The notes under the pieces: model-generated
What the model saw: only the letters and a program-made list of their open reading frames with translations
Told to the model about the DNA's origin: nothing
Databases searched by the model: none
Source of the DNA: an uncultured Planctomycetaceae bacterium
Lineage (GTDB): Bacteria > Planctomycetota > Planctomycetia > Isosphaerales > Isosphaeraceae
Assembly: GCA_963833985.1 (NCBI GenBank)
Contig: CAWIAD010000002.1
Span: 3,040,001-3,104,000 of the forward strand
Direction of reading: 5' to 3'
Length of the DNA stretch: 64,000 bases
Part shown: one piece after another, positions 21,106-31,568 of the stretch
Numbering within the stretch: position 1 is the first letter of the stretch
How the letters are laid out: every line of letters begins with the position of its first letter
Position numbers and translations under genes: made by a program

Positions 21106-22907
21106 TCAGGCGAACCGCTTCAGGGCGGCATCGGCGGCGGCCAGGGTGGCGGCGTCGTCATTGCGGCTGATGGACCCCAGGGCTTCATCGCACTGGCGAA
21201 ACGCCATGTGCAGGTAAAGCTCGGCGGCCTCGCGGTCGCCCGGACCGTCAGACCTTCTGGCAAGCTGCTCATCCAGCCGGGCCAGCGTGCACGAGGCCGT
21301 CACCAGGGCGATGGCTCCATGGGCGATCCGCTCCAGGACGAGCTGCTTGTGTAGCACGGCCTCACGATGAGCCACCAGCACACGCTCAACGGCCCGCGCA
21401 AAGCGCACCACCCTGCGCCCAGCGCGGCGGCCAGTGGACGTAGCTCGCCGGATCGGATGGGCACTTCGGGTGCGTGCACAATCCGCCCCATGTGCTCGCG
21501 GGAAAACGACCAGAGCGTGGGCAGGAACGAGCGCACGCTTTTCATGCCCTCGAGCGCCGACTTCAGACCCAGGCCGACGTCGCGCATGCCCACAGCGGCG
21601 ATGAACGCGAGCAGGACCTCGTTGGCCCCTTCGCCGATGGTGTTGATGCGCGCGTCGCGCATCATCCGCTCGTAGGGCTCGTCGGTGAAGTAGCCCTGGC
21701 CGCCGAAGACCTGGAGCGTCTCGTAAACGCCCTGCCAGAGGGCGTCGGTGGAGAAGACCTTGAGGATGGCCGTCTCGAGCATGTAATCCTCGCTGCCGCG
21801 GTCGATCAGGGCCGCCGTCTCGTAGGTCGTGGCCTCCATCGCGTACGTCGTGGCGGCCAGGAAGGCGAGCTTCTTCTTCACGAGTTCCAGCTCGGCCAGC
21901 GGCCGGCCGAACTGCCTGCGCTCGAGCGCGTGCCGAGTGGCCGCGGCCAGGCAAGCCTTGGCCATGCCCGTGCAGCTTGCCCCGAATGTGGTGCGACCGA
22001 AATCGAGCACGGTGAGCGCCACCTTGAGGCCCTTGCCCACCGGTCCCAGAACATTCGCCGCCGGCACCCGCATCTCATGAAACGCCAGCTTGGCCGTGGC
22101 CGTTCCGCGGATTCCGCACTTCTCCATGCGCGGGTTGACCACCTCGAAACCCGGCATATCGGGCGTGACCAGAAAGGCGGTGATCTTCGACTCGCCCCCG
22201 GACGGGTTCGGCGTCCGCGCCATCACCGTCAGCACGTCGGCGATCGCCCCGTTGGTGATGTACCGCTTGGTGCCGTTGAGCACGTAGGTTTGATCGTCGC
22301 CGCTGGGCGTTGCGGTGGTCTGGACGTTCGAGGCGTCCGAGCCGGCCTGCTCCTCGGTGAGCGCGAAGGCCGCCAGTTTCTCTCCCCGCGTCAGGGGCGG
22401 CAGCCAGCGCGATTTCTGCTCGGGCGTGCCAAAAAGTAAAAGGGCGCGGATGCCGATGGAATGATGCGCGTTCACGAAGACGGCCGTGGACGGGCAGCGC
22501 CCGCCGATGACCTCCATGATCCGGCAATACGCCTGCTGCGAGAAACCCTTGCCGCCGACGCTGACCGGCGCCGTCATTCCCAGCACGCCCAGCTCTCCCA
22601 GCCCGTCGATCACCGAGCGGGGAATATCGGCCTGGCGATCGATGGCGGCCGGATCGATGTGGGCCAGCGCGAAGGCCCGCACCGCAGCGACGGCGTTCTC
22701 GACCTTCTCTGTCTGATCGTCCGGCAGCCGGGGATACGGGAACAGGATGTCCGCGCGGAACTCGCCCCGGAAGAGGGCCTTCGCAAAACCTTCGCGCGGC
22801 GGTTCGGAGAACAGCAGCTCCTCGGCCTGCTGCAGCTGCTGGGCGGTCAAGGCTTCGTCGTCGAGCTGGTCCGGGGGCGGCGCCTGATCGTGGCTGATGG
22901 TGGACAT
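21106..22907 (-). CDS. Acyl-CoA dehydrogenase (ACAD9/VLCAD-like), apparent frameshift near 21418
   Basis: AFALTEEQAGSD, NGTKRYITNG, RRQFGRPL, RINTIGEGANE; the C-terminus continues in another frame (RRVVRFARAVERVL...AALKRFA). Confidence 0.88.
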
Positions 22908-22952
22908 CCTGCGGCCTCCTTCCGGGAAAGTGAGGTGAGAGCGTGTCGGCGA

Positions 22953-23405
22953 TCAGACCGGGGGCGGAACTTGCTGGCGCTCGGTCGCAGCCGCGGAGCG
23001 GGCCCGTCGCGGCAGCATGCGGAATCCCGAGTCCTTCCCCATCCAGTATGCAAAAAAGGCACCGGCGGCGATCATCAGCAAGGTGACGCCGTTCAGCGAT
23101 GTGACGTTCTTCAAGAAGAAGCCAGGGCCTTGCGGCTGCCCCTGATCATCCACGAACGGGAAAAAGCTCCATTCCGTGAACAGCCCCAGCGCCAGGCCGG
23201 CCAATCCGCACATAACGCCGCGCACCTGGGAGGAATGCTGGGCTAGCAAGCCGCAGCCAAGGCCCACCAGCGCGCCGGGGATCATCATCCCGTAAAAACC
23301 GTGGTGGTAGATCCACTGGAACGTGTAATATCCCAGGACTCCGCCGCCCACCGCGCCCAGGAGACCCAGGAAATTGCTGACCACCTGCTGCTTCGTGACC
23401 GCCAT
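22953..23405 (-). CDS. Membrane protein, hypothetical
   Basis: Four hydrophobic Gly-rich segments. Confidence 0.75.
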   Translation of the reverse strand: MAVTKQQVVSNFLGLLGAVGGGVLGYYTFQWIYHHGFYGMMIPGALVGLGCGLLAQHSSQVRGVMCGLAGLALGLFTEWSFFPFVDDQGQPQGPGFFLKNVTSLNGVTLLMIAAGAFFAYWMGKDSGFRMLPRRARSAAATERQQVPPPV

Positions 23406-23468
23406 GGGCTTGCCCCCTTGGCAACTTCCGAGGACGTTATCCTCCCGTGATCATAACCCTCTCACGAG

Positions 23469-24398
23469 GTGAAGACCATGAGCGACGGACAGAGCCAGCC
23501 TGCCTGGCGATCGGAAATCAGCCCCGCCGGAGTGCTCACACTCTGGTTCGATGTGCCCGGCCGGTCGCAGAACGTCCTTGACCACGCAGCCTTCGACGAC
23601 CTGAACCAGCGTCTGGCCGAGATCGAAGGGAACGCCTCAGTTCAGGGGGTCCTGGTCCGCAGCGCGAAGCCGGCGGGCTTCTGCGCGGGGGCCGATCTCA
23701 AGACCATCCAGCGAGCCGCGTCGGCAAGCGAGCTTGCCGCTTACTTCCGTCACGGCATGAACGTACTCGACCGGCTCACAGCGCTCAAGGTGCCCACCGC
23801 GGCCATTGTCCACGGTGTCTGCCTGGGAGGGGGCCTGGAGCTCGCCCTGGCGTGTCGCTGCCGCGCGGCACTGGCATCGAGCGTTCCCCTGCAAATGGGC
23901 TCTCCCGAGGTGCAGCTCGGCATTCTTCCGGCCTGGGGGGCCATCGTCAAGCTCTGCCGGCTGCTGGCTCCCCGGGACGCCCTGAACCTGCTCTTGACCG
24001 GCAACCCCGTCGGCTTTCTACACGCTAAGTCGCAGGGGCTCGTCGACCGCCTGGTCGCGCACGACGAGCAGAGCCGGATCGCCGAGACGCTGCAACAGGA
24101 ACCACGACCCGTTCGCTCCCTGGACCGAGCCACCTGGGAGGAAGAGCTGCAATTTGCCGAGGCCAAGGCCGAGGAGCAGCCGGCCGAGTTTCCCGAAGCC
24201 CAGCGCGAGATCATGAAGCTCATCGAGATCGATCTCGACCAGGGACCTGAGGCAGCCGGTGCGGCCGCCATCGAGCGCTGCGCCGCACTGGGCGTTCTTC
24301 CCGTCACCCAGCATGCCATCGCCGTCTTTTTTCAGCGGCGGAAGGCGCGATCCGAGACGGCTGCGCGATCGCAAGAGTTCAATCCGCCAGGTCAATGA
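23469..24398 (+). CDS. Enoyl-CoA hydratase/isomerase (FadJ N-terminal-like)
   Basis: FCAGADL, CLGGGLELALAC, PEVQLGILP. Confidence 0.9.
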   Translation: MKTMSDGQSQPAWRSEISPAGVLTLWFDVPGRSQNVLDHAAFDDLNQRLAEIEGNASVQGVLVRSAKPAGFCAGADLKTIQRAASASELAAYFRHGMNVLDRLTALKVPTAAIVHGVCLGGGLELALACRCRAALASSVPLQMGSPEVQLGILPAWGAIVKLCRLLAPRDALNLLLTGNPVGFLHAKSQGLVDRLVAHDEQSRIAETLQQEPRPVRSLDRATWEEELQFAEAKAEEQPAEFPEAQREIMKLIEIDLDQGPEAAGAAAIERCAALGVLPVTQHAIAVFFQRRKARSETAARSQEFNPPGQ

Positions 24399-25098
24399 CT
24401 CTGGCAGTCGGGCAGCACGATTCGACCACGTCCCGGGCCAGGTTGAACCAGCACTCGCAGTGATCGAGGATGGCGCTGTCCGCCGTGGCGATGATCTCCC
24501 GCGACTTCTTGAGCACCGGGTCCGGGCTATCAACCAGCTCCACCGTCCAGGGCCAGCCTGAGGCCTTGGCGGTCTCGCGTACGATCGCGCCGATGCGCCC
24601 GCTGTTGGAGACGGGCCGATCGAAATACCAGTGCGCCTGGCTCACTTCCAGTGCGACGAGCTTCGAGCCGATCAAGGTCAGGGCGGGAAGCGTTTCGGCG
24701 ACATTGCGGTAGGTCCCGTGCACACCGGCGATATCGCGATAAGTGCCGTCGCGGCAGGCCAGAACAACACCTCCGCCCAGAGCTGCCTCGACGGTGGTCA
24801 CGACGTTGAACCCGTCGATGAGCAAGCTCCGGCCTCGTATGCCGGCCGCGGCCTCCTGCTTTTGCCGCCGTCGCAGACGCGCCGTTTCCGGGCAAGCCGC
24901 CCTGCGCACTGCCAGGCGCTGGCGCTCGGTGAGCGACCAGCGATCGCCCACCAGCTTCACGGCCGAGACGATTGCGTATCCGCGTTCCAGCAACCACGAG
25001 AGGTCGGCCACCGCCCCCCGCAAGACCGGCAGTGCGGCCGGCCCGAAGGCATCGCCGTCACGCGGGTCGGCACCGCGATGGGTTCTGGAATCGGGCAC
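24379..25098 (-). CDS. DUF434 domain protein
   Basis: DLSWLLERGY, LVGDRWSL, IDGFNV, DRPVSNSGR, IATADSAILD. Confidence 0.8.
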   Translation of the reverse strand: MPDSRTHRGADPRDGDAFGPAALPVLRGAVADLSWLLERGYAIVSAVKLVGDRWSLTERQRLAVRRAACPETARLRRRQKQEAAAGIRGRSLLIDGFNVVTTVEAALGGGVVLACRDGTYRDIAGVHGTYRNVAETLPALTLIGSKLVALEVSQAHWYFDRPVSNSGRIGAIVRETAKASGWPWTVELVDSPDPVLKKSREIIATADSAILDHCECWFNLARDVVESCCPTARVIDLAD

Positions 25099-25114
25099 GA
25101 GACGCCTTTCCGGC

Positions 25115-25591
25115 TCATTTCCTCTCGTAGGTCCCCACCAGCTCGGCCTCGGCCAGGACATGCCCCCGCATTGCGGCAAGCAGCGCGGGCTTGTCGACCC
25201 CGGCGGCAAGGTTCAAGGTCGCGTTCAATGCATAGAGCCTGAAATGGTAAAGATGCACGCCATGCCCCCTGGGCGGTGCCGGTCCCCGATAACCGATCGT
25301 CCCCCAGGAATTCTTGCCTTGCACCGCCCCTGCGGGGAAGCTGGGGGCGGGCCTGGGGTGTACGCCCTCGGCCATCGCGGAAGTGCTCGTTGGGATCTTG
25401 TAGATCACCCAGTGAACCCACGGCTGCGGGCTGGGCGCATCGGGGTCGTGCAAAATGAGGGCAAGCTCGCGAGTTTCCGGCGGCAGGTCCGACCACTCCA
25501 GGGGCGGCGACAGATCCTCGCCATCCCCCGCATGCCGCCTGGGTATATTTGTGCCAGGCGCGAAAGCCGCGCTCTTCAAGGCCAGCGTCAT
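25115..25591 (-). CDS. YbhB/YbcL Raf kinase inhibitor-like (PEBP) protein
   Basis: SPPLEWS, DPDAP, WVHWV, YRGPAPP, HLYHFRLYAL. Confidence 0.92.
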   Translation of the reverse strand: MTLALKSAAFAPGTNIPRRHAGDGEDLSPPLEWSDLPPETRELALILHDPDAPSPQPWVHWVIYKIPTSTSAMAEGVHPRPAPSFPAGAVQGKNSWGTIGYRGPAPPRGHGVHLYHFRLYALNATLNLAAGVDKPALLAAMRGHVLAEAELVGTYERK

Positions 25592-26230
25592 CGGCGTGCT
25601 CCAGGCTGGGGCTGTTCCATGCTCTCGCTCGCGTTCCAGACCCTTGCTGGTCAAGGGCCGTGCGAATCACCGCATCGTAAACCATCCCACTTGACGCCGC
25701 GAAGATAGGACCGTGACCCGACCGCGATGGTGAGCCGGCCGGACAGATACAGAGCTGCCGTCTGCACGAGATCGCGGCTACCCCTGGAGATTGTTGACAG
25801 CAGCCCCCCGGATGGCGAGAGTCGAAGATGGACCAGGACACGCGCGGGGCCAACCGGCTCGATGAACGGCCTCTTGTACGGGATCCAGGCGGTTGCCAAC
25901 GCCTGGCTTCCGCGGCGATAACCATTCAGGGCGGCCATCTTCGCATTCCGCTCCCGAGCCGTTAAGGCTGGCCTCCTGGTTTCAAACGCGGGATGCAATC
26001 AGGCATGGTCCGTGGTACGCTATGAAATGTTGGCTGGAGGCACATATAAACGTTTAGCCATCGCTCAGACGAGCACCCAGACGTACCCAAAGGTGTCAAG
26101 GGTGATTATGCCCCACGGATCATCGGGTTTTGTTTGATCGAATGACAACTTCCGTCGAATGGCGAGTGTGAAGGGCGAACGGGAATTCAAGGTTTCCACG
26201 TTGACGATCGGCCATGTCGAGGTCTCGGCC

Positions 26231-27139
26231 ATGCACCTTCCTTACTGCCGATTCACAGTACGAAGGACGATGGCAACCATTGTGGTGTTCGCCGCTTGCC
26301 TGGCGGCGATCCAGGGGAACTACCAGGCACGCCTCTATAGCGATACCTCGGTGGTCAAAATCCTATCCTTAGCCGACCGCACCCCGGAGCGCATGGCGGC
26401 CCATGCCCGGCGGTTGGTCTCGCCCGAAACCCTCAGCCACGCTTCGCTCGACCCCCGACTCTCGGGCTTGCACCAGCCACTCCGCGCGGGCGATCGCGAG
26501 GACATGATCGGTTCCTCGCCAGGTCCACAGGTATACGCCTATGTAGACTCCGTCGAGGACGGGACGCTCTGGGTTGACTCCATAGCTGAGGGGTCGGCGG
26601 TCGAGGCGACCTCCATCGCTCTGGCGGTCACAGCCGCTTACATCGCGGACCAGGGGCCAAATCGGGTTGTCCCTTGGACCGCAGGGATCCCCATGCGCTG
26701 TGAATTTCAGCCGAAGCCCCTCGCTGAGCCCCGGGAGTTGGCGGCGGCGCTGGCGCTGGCGGTCCTCGCCTCAGCCCTGGTGCTCGTCGTCCCGACCAAG
26801 CTGCTCTCGTTCCGGCGGTGGATGGCCGTGGCGGGGGTAGTGCCGATCGTGTTAGTGCTTACCTTGGAACTTTGGCAACCCTTCCCTCCAGGAAGCGGTG
26901 CGATCGACGTCGTGGTCGGCGCTGTGGTGTCCGGGGCGTTCGCCGTGGGGGCGGTGCGGCGCCCCTGGGTCTTTCTTGCTATCGCTCTCTTGGTCTGGGA
27001 GGGCTCCCCCGTGATGCACGACGGCTTCAACGCGGTCACCATGTCCGCTCAGGGCTGTGTCCTGGCCTGGATGGTCGGTGCACCGGCCGGATGGATCTCT
27101 CGAAGCATGACTAAGGGGAGGAAAGCTTCGCCCGGATGA
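26231..27139 (+). CDS. Hypothetical membrane protein
   Basis: RFTVRRTMATIVVFAACLA N-terminus typical of planctomycete hypotheticals; several C-terminal TM helices. Confidence 0.6.
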   Translation: MHLPYCRFTVRRTMATIVVFAACLAAIQGNYQARLYSDTSVVKILSLADRTPERMAAHARRLVSPETLSHASLDPRLSGLHQPLRAGDREDMIGSSPGPQVYAYVDSVEDGTLWVDSIAEGSAVEATSIALAVTAAYIADQGPNRVVPWTAGIPMRCEFQPKPLAEPRELAAALALAVLASALVLVVPTKLLSFRRWMAVAGVVPIVLVLTLELWQPFPPGSGAIDVVVGAVVSGAFAVGAVRRPWVFLAIALLVWEGSPVMHDGFNAVTMSAQGCVLAWMVGAPAGWISRSMTKGRKASPG

Positions 27140-27231
27140 GTCCCCTGGGCTGGGTCGAGTGAAGCCGATTTGTGGAACGGGTGAACCAGGAGTCGAAAAG
27201 GGGGACGGTCTTAATATCGACATTTGTACGA

Positions 27232-27291
27232 ATCTGACCAGCCGTTGCAGCGGACCGGCCCTCGGCGGGCCGCTGAACTTGATCGTTAGGC
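27232..27291 (+). other. Integron attC recombination site (60 bp)
   Basis: R''-like ATCTGAC, inner palindrome CAGCGG...CCGCTG, R' GTTAGGC. Confidence 0.7.
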
Positions 27292-27303
27292 GGTGGAGGA
27301 GCG

Positions 27304-27789
27304 ATGTTCCAAACTGACCGTTACACCTGCCCTCATTGTGGACTCGTGATTCGGTGCAAGACGGACGATATCTTTCGCCACGACGACGTCCGCACCTGTC
27401 CCGGCTGCCGCACGCGTGTCCGGATCAACCTGCCGCGACCGCCTGTCCCCCTCGATACCGTCCCCTACGGCCCCTCGTTGGCCGAGCGGGTCGCCGATTA
27501 CCTCGAGGCCGGTGGGGAGATCCCCGACCGCCATCCCTACTTCGATGGCGTCTGTCTCGCCCGGTGCGACGGGGCCTTCCTGTACGGCTACGCGAACGAC
27601 GGAGGCGCCCCGGCCTTCGACTTCCGCGACTCCTCCGCCGTCATCCGCCGGTTCGGGGACCGGGCCGGCTTCGTCGCGTGGTTGGCCGCTCAGAGCGACG
27701 ACAGCCTGAACCGGGGGCCGGATACCGGGCTTCGGCCCGGGGATATGGGGATCACCCGCCGGATACTCGAGGAGGCCCTCGGGCGCTGA
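27304..27789 (+). CDS. Cassette-borne hypothetical protein with N-terminal zinc ribbon
   Basis: CPHC...CPGC; GGAGG RBS right after GTTAGGC; GCCTAAC 4 nt after the stop. Confidence 0.75.
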   Translation: MFQTDRYTCPHCGLVIRCKTDDIFRHDDVRTCPGCRTRVRINLPRPPVPLDTVPYGPSLAERVADYLEAGGEIPDRHPYFDGVCLARCDGAFLYGYANDGGAPAFDFRDSSAVIRRFGDRAGFVAWLAAQSDDSLNRGPDTGLRPGDMGITRRILEEALGR

Positions 27790-27793
27790 CCCT

Positions 27794-27825
27794 GCCTAAC
27801 CTCGCGCTGCAGCCGACCTGGCCCT
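27794..27825 (+). other. Truncated attC (left half)
   Basis: GCCTAAC-CTCGCGCTGCAGCCGAC; exact complement of the upstream GTTAGGC; no right half found. Confidence 0.6.
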
Positions 27826-28069
27826 ACTCGCACGAATTCCTTCGTGCGCAAACGATGAACCATTGTTGAGACTTTCCAATCGGGCCTCTGCCCGGCTGAA
27901 AAGCGCAACGGGTGATCTAGCAACCACGTATTACATTAAGTGTAGGGTTCGCTATGCGGACCGTGATGAGGCGAGAGCAGAAGAGGCCCACACCAACGAC
28001 CCTACATGGCTGAGGGATTCAGCCAAGCGAGCAATTCCGGGTAACCCACGGCGATAAGGAGCCAGGGCG

Positions 28070-28285
28070 ATGAAGGTTGCCACGTATGAGGCCACAGTCG
28101 AGAACGGCCAGATCAGGCTCTCCGAGCGGGTACAGCTGCCGGAACGTGCGAAGGTCTATGTGGTCGTCCCAGGCGTCGAGGAGGGGCCGCAGTTTCACAT
28201 CGCCAGCCCCCGCCTCGCCCGGCCGGAACTCGCCGCGGACTTCGTGAAGGAGGTATCCGAGGAACCGCGCAATGCCCCCCTATGA
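28070..28285 (+). CDS. Small antitoxin-like protein (DUF104/AF2212-like)
   Basis: MKVATYEATVENGQIRL...LPERAKVYVVV; overlaps the next gene. Confidence 0.6.
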   Translation: MKVATYEATVENGQIRLSERVQLPERAKVYVVVPGVEEGPQFHIASPRLARPELAADFVKEVSEEPRNAPL

Positions 28286-28655
28286 CGACTGCCTCTTCGT
28301 CCCGCCCGCCCCGCTCGCGCGGGTTGTCGTCCGCCATCCGGAGCGCGAGCAGAGCATCGAGGACGTGCCGATGTTGATCGATTCGGGTGCCGACGCGACG
28401 TTGCTGCCCAGATCGGCGGCCACGTCACTCGGGCTGGAGGGGACCGGGGAGCGGTATCAGCCTGTGGGGTTCGACGGCACGGTGAGCGAGTCGGAAGCCG
28501 TGCTCGCCAGCCTGACATTCCTGCGGAGGAATTTCCGGGGAAGATATCTCCTGACCGAAGCGGAGGTCGGTGTCATCGGCCGCGACATCCTCAACCAACT
28601 GGAGATCAGGATTTCGATCACCACGGATGTATGTCCACCAGGCTCAGGCGTTTGA
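28272..28655 (+). CDS. Retropepsin-like (clan AA) aspartyl protease
   Basis: LIDSGADATLLP and IGRDILN motifs. Confidence 0.8.
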   Translation: MPPYDDCLFVPPAPLARVVVRHPEREQSIEDVPMLIDSGADATLLPRSAATSLGLEGTGERYQPVGFDGTVSESEAVLASLTFLRRNFRGRYLLTEAEVGVIGRDILNQLEIRISITTDVCPPGSGV

Positions 28656-28737
28656 CGGCCATAGTGTGATGCCTGGACACGCCTCTGGTACAATCGAGGA
28701 GGGTGGCTGTGAGCGTGGTTGCGCCCGGAGATTGTGT

Positions 28738-29022
28738 GTGAACATCCGGTATTACCTGGATCCCGAAACCGGTTTACCCCATATCTACGACCATGGAGTC
28801 ACTGAGGCCGAGGTTGAATGGATCCTGGCTCGTGCCGGCGAGGACGGGCCTTCTTCGGGTGGGGCAAGACAGTCCATCGGGCAGACTCCGGCGGGTCGCT
28901 GCCTGCGGGTTGTCTATGTTCCAGACGGAGATGGAGACGGCGTTTTCGTAGTAACGGCCTATCCGCTGAGCGGGAAACCACTGAAGGCATACCGTCGGCG
29001 CACGAAGAGGCGAAAACGATGA
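28738..29022 (+). CDS. BrnT/DUF4258-like toxin
   Basis: HIYDHGVTEAEVEWIL...IGQTPAGRCLRVVYV...VFVVTAYPL. Confidence 0.75.
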   Translation: MNIRYYLDPETGLPHIYDHGVTEAEVEWILARAGEDGPSSGGARQSIGQTPAGRCLRVVYVPDGDGDGVFVVTAYPLSGKPLKAYRRRTKRRKR

Positions 29023-29228
29023 GTGAACAAAGATTTCCAGGCGGTTGGGATGAACAGCGGGTTCGGGAGCTTCTGGCCGAACTCGACAGCCGGACCGAGG
29101 AGGAATGGGTCGCCGCTGACGAAGCCTCCGCATCGGAACAGGAAGATCAAACCGTCGTCACGGTTCCCGTCGGCTTGCTGCCCGAGATCCGCAGGCTCCT
29201 GGCCACATACAAGCCCAGGTCAGCTTGA
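29019..29228 (+). CDS. Cognate antitoxin-like protein
   Basis: ATGA overlap with the toxin; FPGGWDEQRVRELL...VPVGLLPEIRRLLA. Confidence 0.7.
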   Translation: MSEQRFPGGWDEQRVRELLAELDSRTEEEWVAADEASASEQEDQTVVTVPVGLLPEIRRLLATYKPRSA

Positions 29229-29359
29229 TGTCTTGTCGCCGCGAGGTCTGGAAACGCTGTGCTATTGTTGAGATTTTACGCTGGCCGCCCCCTCTCCTCC
29301 TTGTTTAATCACCACCCCCTGGAGGTTGGCGAATTCATCCCCCTGCTGGAGCGGGATTC

Positions 29360-30466
29360 GTGAACAGCACGCCTGAAGACGCATCACATCAGCCCGCGGA
29401 CCCGGGTGCACAAACGGCCGCGTCATCGCCCGTCGCAGCTCAGCAACGCATCCTCAGCCATCATGATCCAGCCTTCGTGCGGATTCTGGCCGAGCTGAAT
29501 GTTTCACTCCTCATCTCCACCTACCAGGCGGGCAAGGTGGCCGTGGTGCAGGTTCGCGAGGGGGAGCTCTTCATCACCTATCACAACTTCCAGAGGGCCA
29601 TGGGGGTGGCTGTCTCCGCCGAACAGATCGCGGTGGGCACCACGAACCAGGTCTGGTTCCTGCTCCATTCGCGTCAGGTTCCCAGGGTGGCCGGGCCGGC
29701 GTTCGACGCCATTTACCTGGCCCGCGTTGCGCAGTTCACCGGCGCGATTCATGTCCACGAGATGGAGTGGTCGGGCCGCGAGCTCTGGGTCGTGAATACG
29801 CTCTTCTCCTGCCTTTGCACGCTCTCCGGCTCCTATAGCTTCGTTCCCCGGTGGAAGCCGCGGTTCGTTTCTCAGCTCGCCGCGGAGGACCGCTGCCACC
29901 TCAATGGGCTGGCGCTCGAGAACGGCCGGCCGCGGTTCGTGACCGCACTCGGAGAGACCGACTCGGCACGGGGCTGGAAGAGCAACCAGGCGGCCGGGGG
30001 CTGCCTCATCGATGTGGCCTCCAGCCAGTTCGTGCTCCGGGGACGATGCTTGCCCCATTCGCCGCGGATTCATGAAGGGCAGATCTGGTTCCTGGAGTCC
30101 GGCCTCGGCCGCCTGCAACGGATCGATCCCGTGTCCGGCGTACACACCGTGGCCGAGCTGCCGGGCTACGCGCGCGGGCTAGCAATCGTCGGGCCCTATG
30201 CGTTTGTCGGACTCTCGAAGATCCGCCCCAGCTCCGGTTTCCAGGACCTTCCCATCGCAGCCTCCGCCCCATCGCTGAGCTGCGGTGTGGCCGCCGTGGA
30301 GCTGGCAAGCGGACGGATCCTGGGCCTCCTCGAATTCGCCGAGGGCATCGAGGAGATCTTTGACGTCCGCGCCAATCACTTCTCACGCTCGCCCGTCTTC
30401 TCCGGCCCCGACGTGCGCGACGACGGAACACCGCCGTTCTGGATGATCCCGCCCACGGCCATCTAA
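29360..30466 (+). CDS. TIGR03032/DUF4915 family protein
   Basis: STYQAGK, IHVHEM, VNTLFSCL, EDRCHLNGLA, PHSPR, PGYARGL. Confidence 0.88.
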   Translation: MNSTPEDASHQPADPGAQTAASSPVAAQQRILSHHDPAFVRILAELNVSLLISTYQAGKVAVVQVREGELFITYHNFQRAMGVAVSAEQIAVGTTNQVWFLLHSRQVPRVAGPAFDAIYLARVAQFTGAIHVHEMEWSGRELWVVNTLFSCLCTLSGSYSFVPRWKPRFVSQLAAEDRCHLNGLALENGRPRFVTALGETDSARGWKSNQAAGGCLIDVASSQFVLRGRCLPHSPRIHEGQIWFLESGLGRLQRIDPVSGVHTVAELPGYARGLAIVGPYAFVGLSKIRPSSGFQDLPIAASAPSLSCGVAAVELASGRILGLLEFAEGIEEIFDVRANHFSRSPVFSGPDVRDDGTPPFWMIPPTAI

Positions 30467-30623
30467 CTTCCTCAGTGAGCGAGGTATTGCTGTCCCCGGA
30501 CGGCGACTCGGCTTGTGGAAATTGGCAAGGGATGGCATCCTCCCGGCACTCGTGCGGGGAGATGGTCACCGCGGGTCGCCTGCGGGCCAACGGAACGGTC
30601 TCGCACCGAAGGAGCAAGCACGG

Positions 30624-31535
30624 ATGCTGCCGATCCTCGTCGACCTACCGGGCTGGGGCATCAGGATCCACTCCTACGGTGTGGTGATCTTGCTCGCCTG
30701 TACGGCCGCGCTGTGCATCACCGCGTGGCGGGCCGGACGCGAAGGCCTCCGTGTGAACAGCGTGTACGAGCTGGCGGGCTGGCTCTTCCTGGGCGGGGCG
30801 CTCGGTGCCCGCGCCCTCTTCGTGGTGCAGTACCCGGAAACGGTCCACTCCGTGCTCGACCTGGTCTCGGGGTGGCAAGGGGGGAACGTCTTCTACGGCT
30901 GCATCCTGGGAGGTCTTGCCGGCTCACTGCTGTACTGCAAAAGGCGGCCCTTCCCGTTCTGGCCCATGGCCGACGCCGTCGCCCCTGCGCTGGCGATCGG
31001 GGTCACGATCGGCCGCATAGGCTGCCACCTCAACGGCTGCTGTTTCGGATCGGTCTGCGAACTTCCCTGGGCGGTGCGGTTCCCGCGCGGGTCACATGCC
31101 TGGCTGTCGCAAGTGGACCAGGGAATCCTGGCACCGGTTGCGAACTTCTCGCTGCCCGTTCATCCGACCCAGCTCTACGAGGCGTTCGCGGGAACAATGA
31201 TCCTGGCGCTGCTGGCGCTTTACTATCCGCGCCGCAGGCGTGACGGCGAGGTGATGGCACTGGTCATGATTCTCTACGCGACGGCGCGATGGCTGATCGA
31301 GAGCGTTCGTGGCGATGAGCCTGCGATCCTTGCGGGGATGACGCTCTCCCAGGTGATCAGCGTCGGCCTGTTTCTGCTGGGCGTCTACTTCTGGTTCCGC
31401 CCGCGCTCCGGCGTGGCGGGTCGTCACGCCGATGCCGCTCTTCCGGCCAGCAGGCTCGACGGTTCGTCCAAAGGTGAAGCGAGCCCGGCCCTTGTGTTGC
31501 CGCGGACGGCGGGTGCGGCGCAGGGCGGGTCGTGA
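30624..31535 (+). CDS. lgt: Prolipoprotein diacylglyceryl transferase
   Basis: IHSYG, GARALFV, GRIGCHLNGCCFG, VHPTQLYE, IESVRGD. Confidence 0.85.
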   Translation: MLPILVDLPGWGIRIHSYGVVILLACTAALCITAWRAGREGLRVNSVYELAGWLFLGGALGARALFVVQYPETVHSVLDLVSGWQGGNVFYGCILGGLAGSLLYCKRRPFPFWPMADAVAPALAIGVTIGRIGCHLNGCCFGSVCELPWAVRFPRGSHAWLSQVDQGILAPVANFSLPVHPTQLYEAFAGTMILALLALYYPRRRRDGEVMALVMILYATARWLIESVRGDEPAILAGMTLSQVISVGLFLLGVYFWFRPRSGVAGRHADAALPASRLDGSSKGEASPALVLPRTAGAAQGGS

Positions 31536-31568
31536 GCGCTTTGCTGCGTGGAACGGAGCGTTCCGGCC

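Noticed and set aside
25651..26150. ORF or mobile remnant upstream of the cassette region
   Set aside because: No recognisable motifs and atypical codon pattern; cannot be supported
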